From Deferribacterales bacterium (lineage in GTDB: Bacteria > Chrysiogenota > Deferribacteres > Deferribacterales > Geovibrionaceae): a DNA stretch of 64,000 bases. The translations under genes and the position numbers were made by a program. The stretch spans positions 342,606-406,605 of the forward strand of contig JBFWMA010000002.1 in NCBI GenBank assembly GCA_050251875.1, given 5' to 3'. The notes under the pieces are model-generated. The model was given only the letters and a program-made list of their open reading frames with translations. It had not been told where the DNA came from and did no database searches. Positions 50,649-60,104 of the stretch are shown piece after piece. How positions within the stretch are numbered: the stretch's first letter is position 1; each line of letters opens with the position of its first letter.

Positions 50649-52201
50649 AGAGTAAAAACGATCCTGAGCACGCCCATTATGTAGAGAGCGTATGAAATGA
50701 CCTCCGCATAGGGCAGTTTTGACCCCTGAACAAAGAAAGCCGTTATGAGAAACATAACACCCATAGCGAAAGGTCTGGCGAATTTTTTCAGAGCCAGCGA
50801 AACCGCCTCTTTGTCCTCGGGTGATATTTTCACCTCCAGAGTATATTCGCTCATATCCTCGATGATCTTCTTTACCTTCATAAGCGTGAGCGGAAGCTCC
50901 AGAGTCTCCCTCTTAACAGTGCTCCACAGCCCGTCATTGAACCCCAGCGCCTCAGGGAGCCTGTCTTTAAGAATCGGCAATATATCCTTGATACCATTAA
51001 AGTTCTCAATATAATTCGTACCCAGCCCCTCGATGATGGAGCTGACCCGCATGATGTATATCGCTTCCTGCGGGAGTTTATACGGCACTGTCTTCAGCGA
51101 GTCCAGAAGCTCGAAAGCCAGCGTCTGCATGCTTTTGGCGTCCAGTGTGTTGTTATCCAGAATATCAAAGATGCGCTCCGCTATATCCTGAAGATCAAAA
51201 TCCGGAGCGTCCTGAGATATAATGCCCAGCCTCTTGGCGCATTTGATATAATGCTCGAAATTGCGTTCATTTGCCGCCTTGACGAGCTGAATTATATTCT
51301 TTCTGGTTCTGGAAGGGATTTTCTGAACCATGCCGAAATCCAGCAGGACAAGATCGCCGTTTTCTGTCACCAGAAGGTTGCCCGGGTGCGGGTCGGCATG
51401 AAAGAAGCCGTTTATAAAGAGCTGATCCACATAGAAATTAACCAGTTTTTTCATGATTTCGCTGAAGCTGATATTCAGCTTTTCCAGATTCTTTTTATCA
51501 TCAAACCTATAGCCGTATTCAAACGACATCACCAGAGCGTCCGGAGACGAGCACTCAGGATATCCCACAGGAAATTTTACCCCGCTGTCGGCGTATACCT
51601 CGGAAAATTTCTGCATGTTCAGAAGCTCTATGCTGAGATCGACCTCTTTCAGTATCATACGGCTGAACTCCGCAATCACGGCGTCCAACGAGTTTTTGGT
51701 ATTTTCCGAGAACAGAGGGTGAAAAAGAGTGTTGAAGAATGTCAGTATCTGAATGTCCGCCCGAATGACGTTCTGGATGTCATAACGGCGCAGTTTCACG
51801 GCGACATCACGTCCGTCTTTCAGCTTTGCCCTGTGCACCTGCCCTATGGAGGCGCTGGCGATGGGCTCATCGTCAAACTCCGAAAAGCAGACCCTGCCGC
51901 CGAACGCTTTTGAAAAAACGATGTTAAAATCCCTGCCGCTCATGGGAGGAATCTCATCGTGGAGCTGGCGCATATACACCAGATATTCATCGGTGAAAAA
52001 ATCCGCTCTGGTAGCCAGAACCTGTGCCAGCTTTATAAAACTGGCGCCCAGACTGTTTATGCGCTCCTTCAGGGCGGCTGGCGCCAGCGGTCTGATGAAC
52101 AGCAGGCTCTTTCTGCCCTTTATAATCAGAAATACCGTCAGGATCACACGAAAAACGTGATAGACCCTGAGCGGAGAATAATATCTGAAAATTTTTCGCA
52201 A
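50645..52201 (-). CDS. AarF/ABC1/UbiB-family atypical kinase
   Basis: IKLAQ (KxGQ variant), ASASIGQVH, VAVK, HADPHPGN and DFGM motifs; two C-terminal TM helices. Confidence 0.93.
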   Translation of the reverse strand: MRKIFRYYSPLRVYHVFRVILTVFLIIKGRKSLLFIRPLAPAALKERINSLGASFIKLAQVLATRADFFTDEYLVYMRQLHDEIPPMSGRDFNIVFSKAFGGRVCFSEFDDEPIASASIGQVHRAKLKDGRDVAVKLRRYDIQNVIRADIQILTFFNTLFHPLFSENTKNSLDAVIAEFSRMILKEVDLSIELLNMQKFSEVYADSGVKFPVGYPECSSPDALVMSFEYGYRFDDKKNLEKLNISFSEIMKKLVNFYVDQLFINGFFHADPHPGNLLVTENGDLVLLDFGMVQKIPSRTRKNIIQLVKAANERNFEHYIKCAKRLGIISQDAPDFDLQDIAERIFDILDNNTLDAKSMQTLAFELLDSLKTVPYKLPQEAIYIMRVSSIIEGLGTNYIENFNGIKDILPILKDRLPEALGFNDGLWSTVKRETLELPLTLMKVKKIIEDMSEYTLEVKISPEDKEAVSLALKKFARPFAMGVMFLITAFFVQGSKLPYAEVISYALYIMGVLRIVFTL

Positions 52202-52202
52202 T

Positions 52203-52478
52203 TTATTTTTCTTTTATCAGCTTTTTCAGTTCTTCTATGTCGTCTTTTGTTGCCAGACCCATTTCGTTTATCACTTCTCTGACAACCTCTTTCAGCTTGT
52301 CGTTCAGGGCTTTTTCCTCTTCTTTGCCTCTGGCGGCGGCTTTATCCATGAACTCTTTCTGCTGTTCTTTCGTCAGTTTTCCTTTTTCCAGAAGCTCTTT
52401 TGTCTCCGCCTCTATCTTCTCTTTCGCCAGGATCGCAGTGCCTATGCCCATGTAGAACAGATCTTTTAATTCAGCCAT
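52203..52478 (-). CDS. Phasin-like coiled-coil protein (COG3937-like)
   Basis: YMGIG...KEK...LLEKGKL and GLATKDDIEEL patterns. Confidence 0.8.
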   Translation of the reverse strand: MAELKDLFYMGIGTAILAKEKIEAETKELLEKGKLTKEQQKEFMDKAAARGKEEEKALNDKLKEVVREVINEMGLATKDDIEELKKLIKEK

Positions 52479-52493
52479 TGTATCCTCCGGGAA

Positions 52494-54323
52494 TTAACCT
52501 ATTTCATTCAGTCTGCCGTCATAGAAAGCCGTGAGCTCCTCCAGCTTGTCCGTCACTTCCAGAAGCTCTTCCAGCATCCCGTCCACGCTCTTTTTCGCTT
52601 CGTCCAGATCTCTGGATGCGCTGGCGATGGCGTCAGCATCGCCGGAGTTAGAAGCGTCTATGAGAGCTTTGTTCAGCAGGTCTATGCGTTCTTCTGCGGA
52701 CGCTATGTCCTTTTCCAGTTTATCATGTCTGTCCTGAACAGGCTTTAATACTTTGCCTTTTTCAGAAATGATCTCGGAACGCATTTTCCGCTGTTCCTTC
52801 TTGCTGTATGGGGACGCAGCGGTCTGCTTTTCATTAAAATCTTCCTGCCAGCCTATTTTTTCAAGGAATTCCTGATAACAGCCGTCAAAAACCTCAATTT
52901 TATCATTCTGAAAGATGATAAGCCTGTCGGCTATGGCGTTCAGAAACATCTCATTGTGAGTAACCATAATCACGGTGCCTTTAAAGGCGTCTATCGCCTC
53001 CAGCAGAGAATCGCAGGACTGCATGTCCAGGTGGTTGGTCGGTTCATCCAGAAAGAGTATGTTGGCGGGCTGAAGTATCGCCTTAGCCAGCATTACACGG
53101 CTCTTTTCGCCTCCGGAGAGAACAGATATCTTCTTCAGGGCGTCATCACCGGAAAACATCATGGTTCCGGCGGCGTCTCTGGCTCTCTGGCGCTCGTTTA
53201 TGCCTTCCACGTCCATCAGCTCCTGTTCGATGGTGTTGTTCAGCCCCAGCCTCTGTACGTTGGTCTGTTCATATACCGCCGATTTCAGCTGACCGTGGAA
53301 CGACAGCTCGCCGGAATCCGGATCGTTGATCCCGCAGAGGAGCTTCAGCAGAGTTGTTTTTCCTTTACCGTTCTTTCCTATGATACATATCTTTTCATTT
53401 GACCCCACTGTGATGCTGAAGTCTTTTATGATCTGGTTGTCTTTTTCATATCCGAAGCTCAGGTTTCTGGCGGTTATCAGCTCTTTAGCCCTGATGGGGG
53501 AATGATTGAACTTGAACTCCAGATCCTCGATCTCTTCCAGCTTGTCCTTCTGTCCCATTTTTTCCAGAACTTTCACTCTGGACTGAACCCTGCTGGCAAG
53601 GCTCGCCTTTGATTTGAACCGTGTGACGAAAAGCTCTATCTCTTTTCTTTTCGCCTCTTCGTTCAGACGGGTCTTTTCATATATCTCTTCTTCCTGAATG
53701 ATCTTTTCGTAAAATTTTTCAGTATTGCCTTTAATCTTCTTTATCTGCTGGCGGTGTATGCCCAGAGTGTGCGTAACAACCCTGTCCATGAACGATCTGT
53801 CGTGGGTTATCAGCACCAGCTCGCCTTTCCACTTAGCCAGAAACTGCTCCAGCCAGCGGATAGACGTAATATCCAGATAGTTGGTCGGTTCATCCAGAAG
53901 GAGAAGATCCGGCTCGGACAGAAGCAGTTTCGCCAGATTAAGCCTGACCTGATATCCGCCGGAGAAATCATTGGGCGACTTCTGCATGTCGTCATCGGAA
54001 AAACCGAGACCGGAGAGAATCTTCTCCGCCTTCCAGACATCGTCCTTTTCCTCTTCTCTAAGCCCTTCCGCCGCTTCCAGCACCGCTGTGGGCTGTTTGA
54101 AATCGATTATCTGCTTCAGATAACCTATGCGGTAGTTTTTGGGGATGTTTATCAGCCCCTCGTCCTGTTCCTGTTCACCTGTGAGGATGCGCATCAGAGT
54201 TGTCTTTCCGTGTCCGTTGCGCCCCACCAGACCTATTTTTTCGCCTTCGTTGATTCGAAAGCTGATTTTGCTGAACAAAGTCCTCGGCCCATAGGCTTTG
54301 GATAAATTCTCGATACTAAGCAC
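52494..54323 (-). CDS. ABC-F family ATPase (ribosome-associated)
   Basis: Two ABC domains (GRNGHGKTT, GKNGKGKTT, LDEPTN twice), no TM segments, helical linker and C-terminal coiled coil. Confidence 0.93.
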   Translation of the reverse strand: MLSIENLSKAYGPRTLFSKISFRINEGEKIGLVGRNGHGKTTLMRILTGEQEQDEGLINIPKNYRIGYLKQIIDFKQPTAVLEAAEGLREEEKDDVWKAEKILSGLGFSDDDMQKSPNDFSGGYQVRLNLAKLLLSEPDLLLLDEPTNYLDITSIRWLEQFLAKWKGELVLITHDRSFMDRVVTHTLGIHRQQIKKIKGNTEKFYEKIIQEEEIYEKTRLNEEAKRKEIELFVTRFKSKASLASRVQSRVKVLEKMGQKDKLEEIEDLEFKFNHSPIRAKELITARNLSFGYEKDNQIIKDFSITVGSNEKICIIGKNGKGKTTLLKLLCGINDPDSGELSFHGQLKSAVYEQTNVQRLGLNNTIEQELMDVEGINERQRARDAAGTMMFSGDDALKKISVLSGGEKSRVMLAKAILQPANILFLDEPTNHLDMQSCDSLLEAIDAFKGTVIMVTHNEMFLNAIADRLIIFQNDKIEVFDGCYQEFLEKIGWQEDFNEKQTAASPYSKKEQRKMRSEIISEKGKVLKPVQDRHDKLEKDIASAEERIDLLNKALIDASNSGDADAIASASRDLDEAKKSVDGMLEELLEVTDKLEELTAFYDGRLNEIG

Positions 54324-54327
54324 TTAT

Positions 54328-54648
54328 CTACCCCTGTCTGAACCGCATGGTACATCCTATGCGTGTTCCTATCTCTTTTTTCATATTGTCGTCCGCCATG
54401 CTTCCGTCAGAACATTTTCTGATCTCGGTCACGCCTGTCTCCGACACCGTCATGTAATAATCCGTGGTGCTCCATTCTCCGTCCGCCTCAGGCACAGAGC
54501 CCTCCGCTATGGAATCATACGAGTGGAGTATCAGCACATCTCCGGACAGAGTGCAGTCCCCGGACATAACCAGTTCGTCCGTCAGCGCTTTCTGCCACCT
54601 GTACATACCTTCACTCTGTGATATCAGATAACCGTCAAGATTTTGCAT
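54328..54648 (-). CDS. Acidic hypothetical protein
   Basis: 106-aa ORF ending 4 bp before the ABC-F start on the same strand; no motif recognised. Confidence 0.6.
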   Translation of the reverse strand: MQNLDGYLISQSEGMYRWQKALTDELVMSGDCTLSGDVLILHSYDSIAEGSVPEADGEWSTTDYYMTVSETGVTEIRKCSDGSMADDNMKKEIGTRIGCTMRFRQG

Positions 54649-54688
54649 AGAGAATGTTATACACTGGTAATAATAGATTTAACAGAAT

Positions 54689-54712
54689 AAAAAAAGGGGA
54701 GCCGAACTCCCC
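54689..54712 (-). terminator. Intrinsic terminator after the MCP-STAS pair
   Basis: Minus strand GGGGAG-TTCGG-CTCCCC followed by TTTTTTT. Confidence 0.85.
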
Positions 54713-54724
54713 GTTAAAAGAATA

Positions 54725-55021
54725 TTATTTCACATGTCTCACATGGAAGAGCTCCACAAGGCTGAGCTGATCCAGAAGAGCATAGAGTCTTTCATCCCAG
54801 ACATTTACATTCAGGGCGACTCCGTCCACATTGATTATTTTGATAAGAAAACCGATAACGGAAGACACCATGGAGAGCGAATCCCTGACGTTAAGAGTAA
54901 GGTTTCTGGCGCCGCCTGAAACAAGCTGCTGAATGGTTTGTTTGATCTCATTGTAGTTATCAAGAGACTTGATGTTGCCGTGAATCTCGACAGTATGATT
55001 GTCAATTACCTTAATTTCCAT
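54725..55021 (-). CDS. Small STAS/anti-anti-sigma-like protein
   Basis: 98 aa with STAS-like alternation; SMVSSVIG aligns by eye to the FMDSSGLG motif; SD AGGAG. Confidence 0.65.
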   Translation of the reverse strand: MEIKVIDNHTVEIHGNIKSLDNYNEIKQTIQQLVSGGARNLTLNVRDSLSMVSSVIGFLIKIINVDGVALNVNVWDERLYALLDQLSLVELFHVRHVK

Positions 55022-55042
55022 GTTCTTGCTCCTGAATTTATC

Positions 55043-56998
55043 TTAAACTTTAAACTTGTGCAGTTTTTCCGATACCTGACCGGATGTTGAGGCGAGAGCC
55101 CCTGCCACAGACTCCACTGTCTCCCCGGCTGTCTGGTTCTCCATAGAGAGTTCAGTGATGTCATCCATAGCTTTTATCATATCTTTTGTCTTTTTGGCAA
55201 TATAAGTACTCATTCTGGTAACCTCAGATGATACGGAAACTGTGGAATCCAGCTTGTTGCTGGTGTCGTCCGCCATCTGAACCAGTGAAAGAGACTGTTC
55301 GGAAGCGTCTTTCATGCTCACGGAAACGTCTTTTATCTCTTTATAGGCTGTGGATATGCTGCCCACGATCAGATTTGTGATCTTGCTGATATCCGCCAGC
55401 GATGTCTGTGTTCTCTCCGCCAGCTTTCGCACCTCGTCAGCCACCACGGCGAATCCTCTGCCGTGTTCCCCTGCCCTTGCCGCCTCTATGGAGGCATTGA
55501 GCGCCAGAAGGTTTGTCTGGTCGGCTATGTCTGATATTATGCTCAGAACGTTCTGAATCTCTCTCGCCTGATCGTTCAGATCCTGCATCGCCTCAGAAAG
55601 CCTCAGCTGGGAATCGCTGTCGGATACTATCCTCTCCACGACACGGTTCATGGACTGAACCAGCTCTTTCAGGCTGTCGCGTCCTCTTTCCAAAACCTCT
55701 GTGGTGGATACCGCCAGCTCTTCCGTTTTGTCCAGATTGATGGCTACTTCATTCACAAGCTGACTGCTGTCCTCCACCCTTGATTTCTGCTGGGTGATGT
55801 TGGAAGCCAGTGTGGAAGCGGCATTCATAAGGTCTCCGCTGGCATGAACCGCTTCTGTGATTCCCTCTATGGAGCTTTCCACTGTCGCCTGAACCTTTGC
55901 GATGAACACGTTCATGTTTTCGGCGGCGGTCTCCAGCTCGTCATTTGTTTTTATGTCGATTCTTTTTGTCAGGTCGCCTTCGCCCTGCGCCAGATCATGC
56001 GTTGTGGCTATCAGAACAGCCAGTTTAGACGTAACAACCTTGCGCAGCATGATGATAACCATCGCTGATATTATTATGAAAGATACCAGAGTCATCAGAA
56101 GCTGAATCTTAGCCAGTTTTTTAGCGGCGTCCACTTCTTCCAGAACCACGTTCAGATCTTTCGCTATGTAAAAGACGCCGACCTCTTTGTCTTCAAAATC
56201 CTTCACAGGATACTGAACCACAAAGTAACTGCCGGTGGTGAAATATTTCTTGTTATCCAGCTTGGAAGGGTCTGTGGCGCTTATCTCGTCAAAGAGCTTT
56301 TTGTCATATTCTCCGATCTGAGCCAGTTTATAACCGCCGAATGTCGGATTGTCTTTAACAAAGTCCGCTGTGGAGGCGATATCGTTTGAAATGCCTGTAA
56401 CTATGGATGCGCCGATATCCTGATGAGCTTTTTCCACCAGAGCGTCCACATTAAGCATGACCTCCAGAGAGCCTATATATTTTCCATAGTCCATCACGGG
56501 TGAGAGCCCTCTGAATGTGAGTCCCGACCTGCCTATCTCGAAAGATGCCAGAGGTTTGTGAGTGTTTTTCACAGCCTTTATGGTGTGTCTGAATCCGCCG
56601 AGATCATCGCCGTACTGCTCTGTTTTCCATGAGCGGATATAGCTTTTCATATCAGCGGTGTGGACGTGGATTTTATAATCAGTGTTGAGCTGTTTGGAAA
56701 GGGAGGATGTGAGCCCGGTCACTATCTCTATGGCGTCCTGTCTGTTGTCCGCCACCATGGCATCGATCAGGCTGGATATTTCAGAGATGCTGATAGCGTT
56801 TGTCAAACAAACGTCAAACTTGGACTCAATCGCTTTCGACATGTAGGTTGATGTGTTTGCGGTTTCCTGTTCGTAGACACCTTTTTCTATATCGTTGATA
56901 ACTTTAACAGAATACAGAAAAATAACACATACGGTGATAGCAATAACAACAAAAAGGGGCACAAGGAACTTCTTGGATATAGTGCTTTTCGCAGACAT
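55043..56998 (-). CDS. Methyl-accepting chemotaxis protein with periplasmic Cache-type sensor
   Basis: Two TM helices, HAMP (GEGDLTKRI) and [38 protein letters not shown]. Confidence 0.96.
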   Translation of the reverse strand: MSAKSTISKKFLVPLFVVIAITVCVIFLYSVKVINDIEKGVYEQETANTSTYMSKAIESKFDVCLTNAISISEISSLIDAMVADNRQDAIEIVTGLTSSLSKQLNTDYKIHVHTADMKSYIRSWKTEQYGDDLGGFRHTIKAVKNTHKPLASFEIGRSGLTFRGLSPVMDYGKYIGSLEVMLNVDALVEKAHQDIGASIVTGISNDIASTADFVKDNPTFGGYKLAQIGEYDKKLFDEISATDPSKLDNKKYFTTGSYFVVQYPVKDFEDKEVGVFYIAKDLNVVLEEVDAAKKLAKIQLLMTLVSFIIISAMVIIMLRKVVTSKLAVLIATTHDLAQGEGDLTKRIDIKTNDELETAAENMNVFIAKVQATVESSIEGITEAVHASGDLMNAASTLASNITQQKSRVEDSSQLVNEVAINLDKTEELAVSTTEVLERGRDSLKELVQSMNRVVERIVSDSDSQLRLSEAMQDLNDQAREIQNVLSIISDIADQTNLLALNASIEAARAGEHGRGFAVVADEVRKLAERTQTSLADISKITNLIVGSISTAYKEIKDVSVSMKDASEQSLSLVQMADDTSNKLDSTVSVSSEVTRMSTYIAKKTKDMIKAMDDITELSMENQTAGETVESVAGALASTSGQVSEKLHKFKV

Positions 56999-57053
56999 AG
57001 GGTCACCATTAAATCAGTTGTATTTCAAATATATTACATTGTTTTTACAATAA

Positions 57054-58460
57054 TTACAATATCTCTGCCGCAATGGTGGCAAGACGGCTTCTCTCCCCTT
57101 TATCAAGATAAATTGTTGACGCATGTTTAAATCTGGCGGCTGTGAATTTCTCGGAAGCGTTCACAAGACCGTTGTCCCTTTCGTTCAGATAAGGGTTGTC
57201 TATCTGTTTCAGGTCGCCTGTGAATACCATTTTAGAGTTAACGCCGGCTCTGGTTATGATGGTTTTTATCTCGTGGGGGCTGAGGTTCTGCGCCTCGTCC
57301 ACGACAAGATATGTATCCATCAGAGTCCGTCCCCTGATATATGTCAGCGCCTCTATCTCCAGCATTTTGGATGATTTCAGATAGTCTATGGTCGCCTCGT
57401 GCATCTGGTGTTTGGACAGATATTCGTCTTTTACCTCTATTCTGCCCTTATCCATCATATAGATAATGAATTCCATATTGTCATAGATGGGTTTGAGCCA
57501 TGGATCTAGCTTCTCTGATATTCCGCCGGGGAGATATCCGAGATCTTTTCCCATGGGAATGGGCGATCTTGTTACGATCAGCCTTTTATATTTGTCATTA
57601 AGAACGGAATGAAGACCGGCGCAGAGTGCCAGCAGTGTTTTTCCCGTTCCGGCTATACCGATGGCGAAAACAACGTCTATCTCAGGATCCAGCAGAGAAT
57701 CCATCAGATAAATCTGTTTCCTGTTTGCGGGGGTCACGCCGAGTATAGGCTCGTTAGCGCTCAAAAGCCTGAAAGCGCCTGTGTCTATGCTGCCGTTGCC
57801 TATATATCTCACCAGAGCGCTTTTCTGGGGATTCAGAGCGCCTTTAAGGATGAAATATTCATTCACTCTGGGCATAAAGTCAGTGCTGTCCGCTCTGGTT
57901 ACCCCTTCGGGGATGGGAAGCTCTTTCTCGTGGTAAAGAGTGTTTATATAATCGTCCGGAACGAACAGGGTGTCGTCTGTCTGATCTATGAACGATGTGG
58001 TTGTTTCATGATAATAGTCTTCGGCGTCCAGCCCAACAGCGTTCGCCTTGATGCGCAGGTTAACGTCTTTTGAAACGATGATGGTTTCCAGCTTGGATTC
58101 CTGCTTAACCTGAAGAGCGGTGGCGAGGATCACGTTGTCGTTTTTGCTGAGGTCGAATCCGGCAGGAATGAGGCTTCTGGTCTTCTCATCCTGAAAGCGG
58201 ATGGTGAGCTTGCCGCCTGATTCCAGCTTTACGCCTTTTAAGAGGTCGCCCTCTTTTTCTTCTCTGTATTTCTCTACAATACGGATAAAACTGCGGGCGT
58301 TGTACCCGTTCAGATCGAGATTCTTTTTAAAAGAATCCACCTCTTCCAGAACTACTGCCGGAAGAATTATGTTGTTGTTGTCGAAAGTCTCTAAACAGTT
58401 GGGGGAATAAAGGATAACGTTTGTGTCGATAATAAAGTTCTTGACCTTTTTAGCTGCCAT
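57054..58460 (-). CDS. PIN-domain + PhoH ATPase (PhoH2-like)
   Basis: IDTNV PIN motif, SKDVNLR, GIAGTGKT, RGRT, DEAQN and TGD motifs. Confidence 0.92.
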   Translation of the reverse strand: MAAKKVKNFIIDTNVILYSPNCLETFDNNNIILPAVVLEEVDSFKKNLDLNGYNARSFIRIVEKYREEKEGDLLKGVKLESGGKLTIRFQDEKTRSLIPAGFDLSKNDNVILATALQVKQESKLETIIVSKDVNLRIKANAVGLDAEDYYHETTTSFIDQTDDTLFVPDDYINTLYHEKELPIPEGVTRADSTDFMPRVNEYFILKGALNPQKSALVRYIGNGSIDTGAFRLLSANEPILGVTPANRKQIYLMDSLLDPEIDVVFAIGIAGTGKTLLALCAGLHSVLNDKYKRLIVTRSPIPMGKDLGYLPGGISEKLDPWLKPIYDNMEFIIYMMDKGRIEVKDEYLSKHQMHEATIDYLKSSKMLEIEALTYIRGRTLMDTYLVVDEAQNLSPHEIKTIITRAGVNSKMVFTGDLKQIDNPYLNERDNGLVNASEKFTAARFKHASTIYLDKGERSRLATIAAEIL

Positions 58461-58633
58461 TCATTTCTCCGGTGGGAAGTATCTCTGGTAATATACCGCA
58501 TAAAATACCCACAGGCAAGCAGCGTATTGATAATTTACCGAAATATGAGCTGCGGTAAAATATCTTTGAAGGTTTATTAGATTTTTCACCAATATGGGTA
58601 TATACATAATTATTGCTATCTGGAGGGATTATT

Positions 58634-58993
58634 TTGGAAACTAACAAACCTATTGTGCTCTATGTGGAGGACGAGGACATCATCAGGGGGCTGGTGGCAA
58701 AATTTCTGGAGAAGCATTTCGAGGTTATAACAGCGGCAAACGGCTGTGAGGCTCTGGAGAAATTTAACTCTCAGAAAGCTGATTTTATAGTCACAGACAT
58801 CACTATGCCTAAGATGAACGGCATCAAACTTATTAAAGCGCTGAAAGAGATAGACGGCAGCCTGCCCGTCTTTGTAACCACCGCCCACACAGACGAATAC
58901 AAGTCTATTGACGGTGTGGAGCAGATTTACGGAAAGCCTCTGGACTGCCGTAAAATGATTGACGATATCAAAAACCATCTGAATTATAACTAA
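58634..58993 (+). CDS. Single-domain response regulator
   Basis: VEDE, TDITMPKMNG, TAH and KP motifs; probable TTG start at 58634 after GGAGG. Confidence 0.9.
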   Translation: METNKPIVLYVEDEDIIRGLVAKFLEKHFEVITAANGCEALEKFNSQKADFIVTDITMPKMNGIKLIKALKEIDGSLPVFVTTAHTDEYKSIDGVEQIYGKPLDCRKMIDDIKNHLNYN

Positions 58994-59061
58994 CTATTAC
59001 TTATACTGTGTTTCACCGAGCGGAGCGTTGACGAGGAAATGACAGGACGTCATTTCTGAGC

Positions 59062-59955
59062 CTAATAAATTGTAATGTGACTCGTATTGATAATGTATTT
59101 GAAATAAGCGTCCACTTTCAGAAATTCCAGATCATAGCTCTCAGGCAGAGGCACAGCCGACATATGCTTCAGAGCGTATAAAACCTCATTATCCAGATCA
59201 GGATATCCGCTGGACTGCAATATGCGGATGCTGGATATCTTGCCATCCTTCGAAATTACAAACGATGCCTGCACAAGCCCCTGTTCGCCTCTCATGCCCG
59301 CCGCCACGGGATACTGCCAGACCTGATACAGCATTCTGGCGAATTTGTGAAAATATGACTGATACTTCATCTTCACATACTGCATGGAGACAGAATCCTC
59401 TCCGGTGACAGGACCCTCGCCTTTGGCATATTTTTCTATGGTGTCTCTGGGGTTCATGATATCGTCCAGCCTCTTTTTCTCGGCTGCCTGACGCTCTTCT
59501 CTGAGCTGCTGTTCAGTCTTTGACGATATTTTCGGAAGCTCCGTCTTGTCTTTTTTTTCCAATACGGCGTCTTTGTCCTGCGCTTTCGGTTCGGCTCGTT
59601 TCTCCTGCGGCACAGTCTTTTTGTCTTCGCCTTTCTTTCCCGGAGTCTGCTTTTCGGAAGGTTTTTCGGAGCTTCTTCTCTCTTTCAGAGCAGGAGCCTG
59701 TTTTTTCAGCTCTGTGGGAATGTCCTCATCCAGAGGCATATCCTTATAGTTTTTCTGAGGAGGACTTTTCGGCTGGGGCTGGGGTTCGGGCGCGGGGGAT
59801 GGCAGAGGTGCTGGCGCCTTTTTCTCTTTGGGAACAATACTTACCTCAATGGGCTTCTCTTCCGGCTTCTCTTTTTTGTCGAAATGGACTATGCCGAGAA
59901 ACAACAGGTGGAGCAGCAGGGATAAAGCCAAAAACAACAGAAATATACCGCGCAT
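59062..59955 (-). CDS. TonB-family energy transducer
   Basis: TM anchor SLLLHL, Pro/Lys-rich linker, YP...GEQG and SSGYPDLD C-domain. Confidence 0.9.
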   Translation of the reverse strand: MRGIFLLFLALSLLLHLLFLGIVHFDKKEKPEEKPIEVSIVPKEKKAPAPLPSPAPEPQPQPKSPPQKNYKDMPLDEDIPTELKKQAPALKERRSSEKPSEKQTPGKKGEDKKTVPQEKRAEPKAQDKDAVLEKKDKTELPKISSKTEQQLREERQAAEKKRLDDIMNPRDTIEKYAKGEGPVTGEDSVSMQYVKMKYQSYFHKFARMLYQVWQYPVAAGMRGEQGLVQASFVISKDGKISSIRILQSSGYPDLDNEVLYALKHMSAVPLPESYDLEFLKVDAYFKYIINTSHITIY

Positions 59956-59990
59956 GGATAAAACATACTCTTACATTTATTTAAATACAA
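59955..59990 (-). promoter_or_regulatory. Predicted leaderless promoter of the tonB-like gene
   Basis: Minus strand TTGTAT(59990-59985)-17 bp-TATGTT(59967-59962)-6 bp-ATG(59955); no SD. Confidence 0.62.
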
Positions 59991-60038
59991 GACACATTGT
60001 GGTAAAATTAGTTCTATAGGATATTATTTATAAAAGAA

Positions 60039-60068
60039 CTTGACATGGACAGACTCAAGTCTTATTAT
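60039..60068 (+). promoter_or_regulatory. HAIR operator overlapping the heat-shock operon promoter
   Basis: CTTGACA-N7-ACTCAAG (60039-60059; consensus CTTGAGT-N7-ACTCAAG) overlapping TTGACA-17 bp-TATTAT. Confidence 0.82.
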
Positions 60069-60104
60069 AGCGTCATAATCAAATCCGCTTAGGAGGACTA
60101 AACT

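Noticed and set aside
58450..58647. 65-aa ORF upstream of PIN-PhoH as an antitoxin
   Set aside because: It overlaps the divergent receiver gene start and spans the predicted phoH promoter; no SD or antitoxin-like features.
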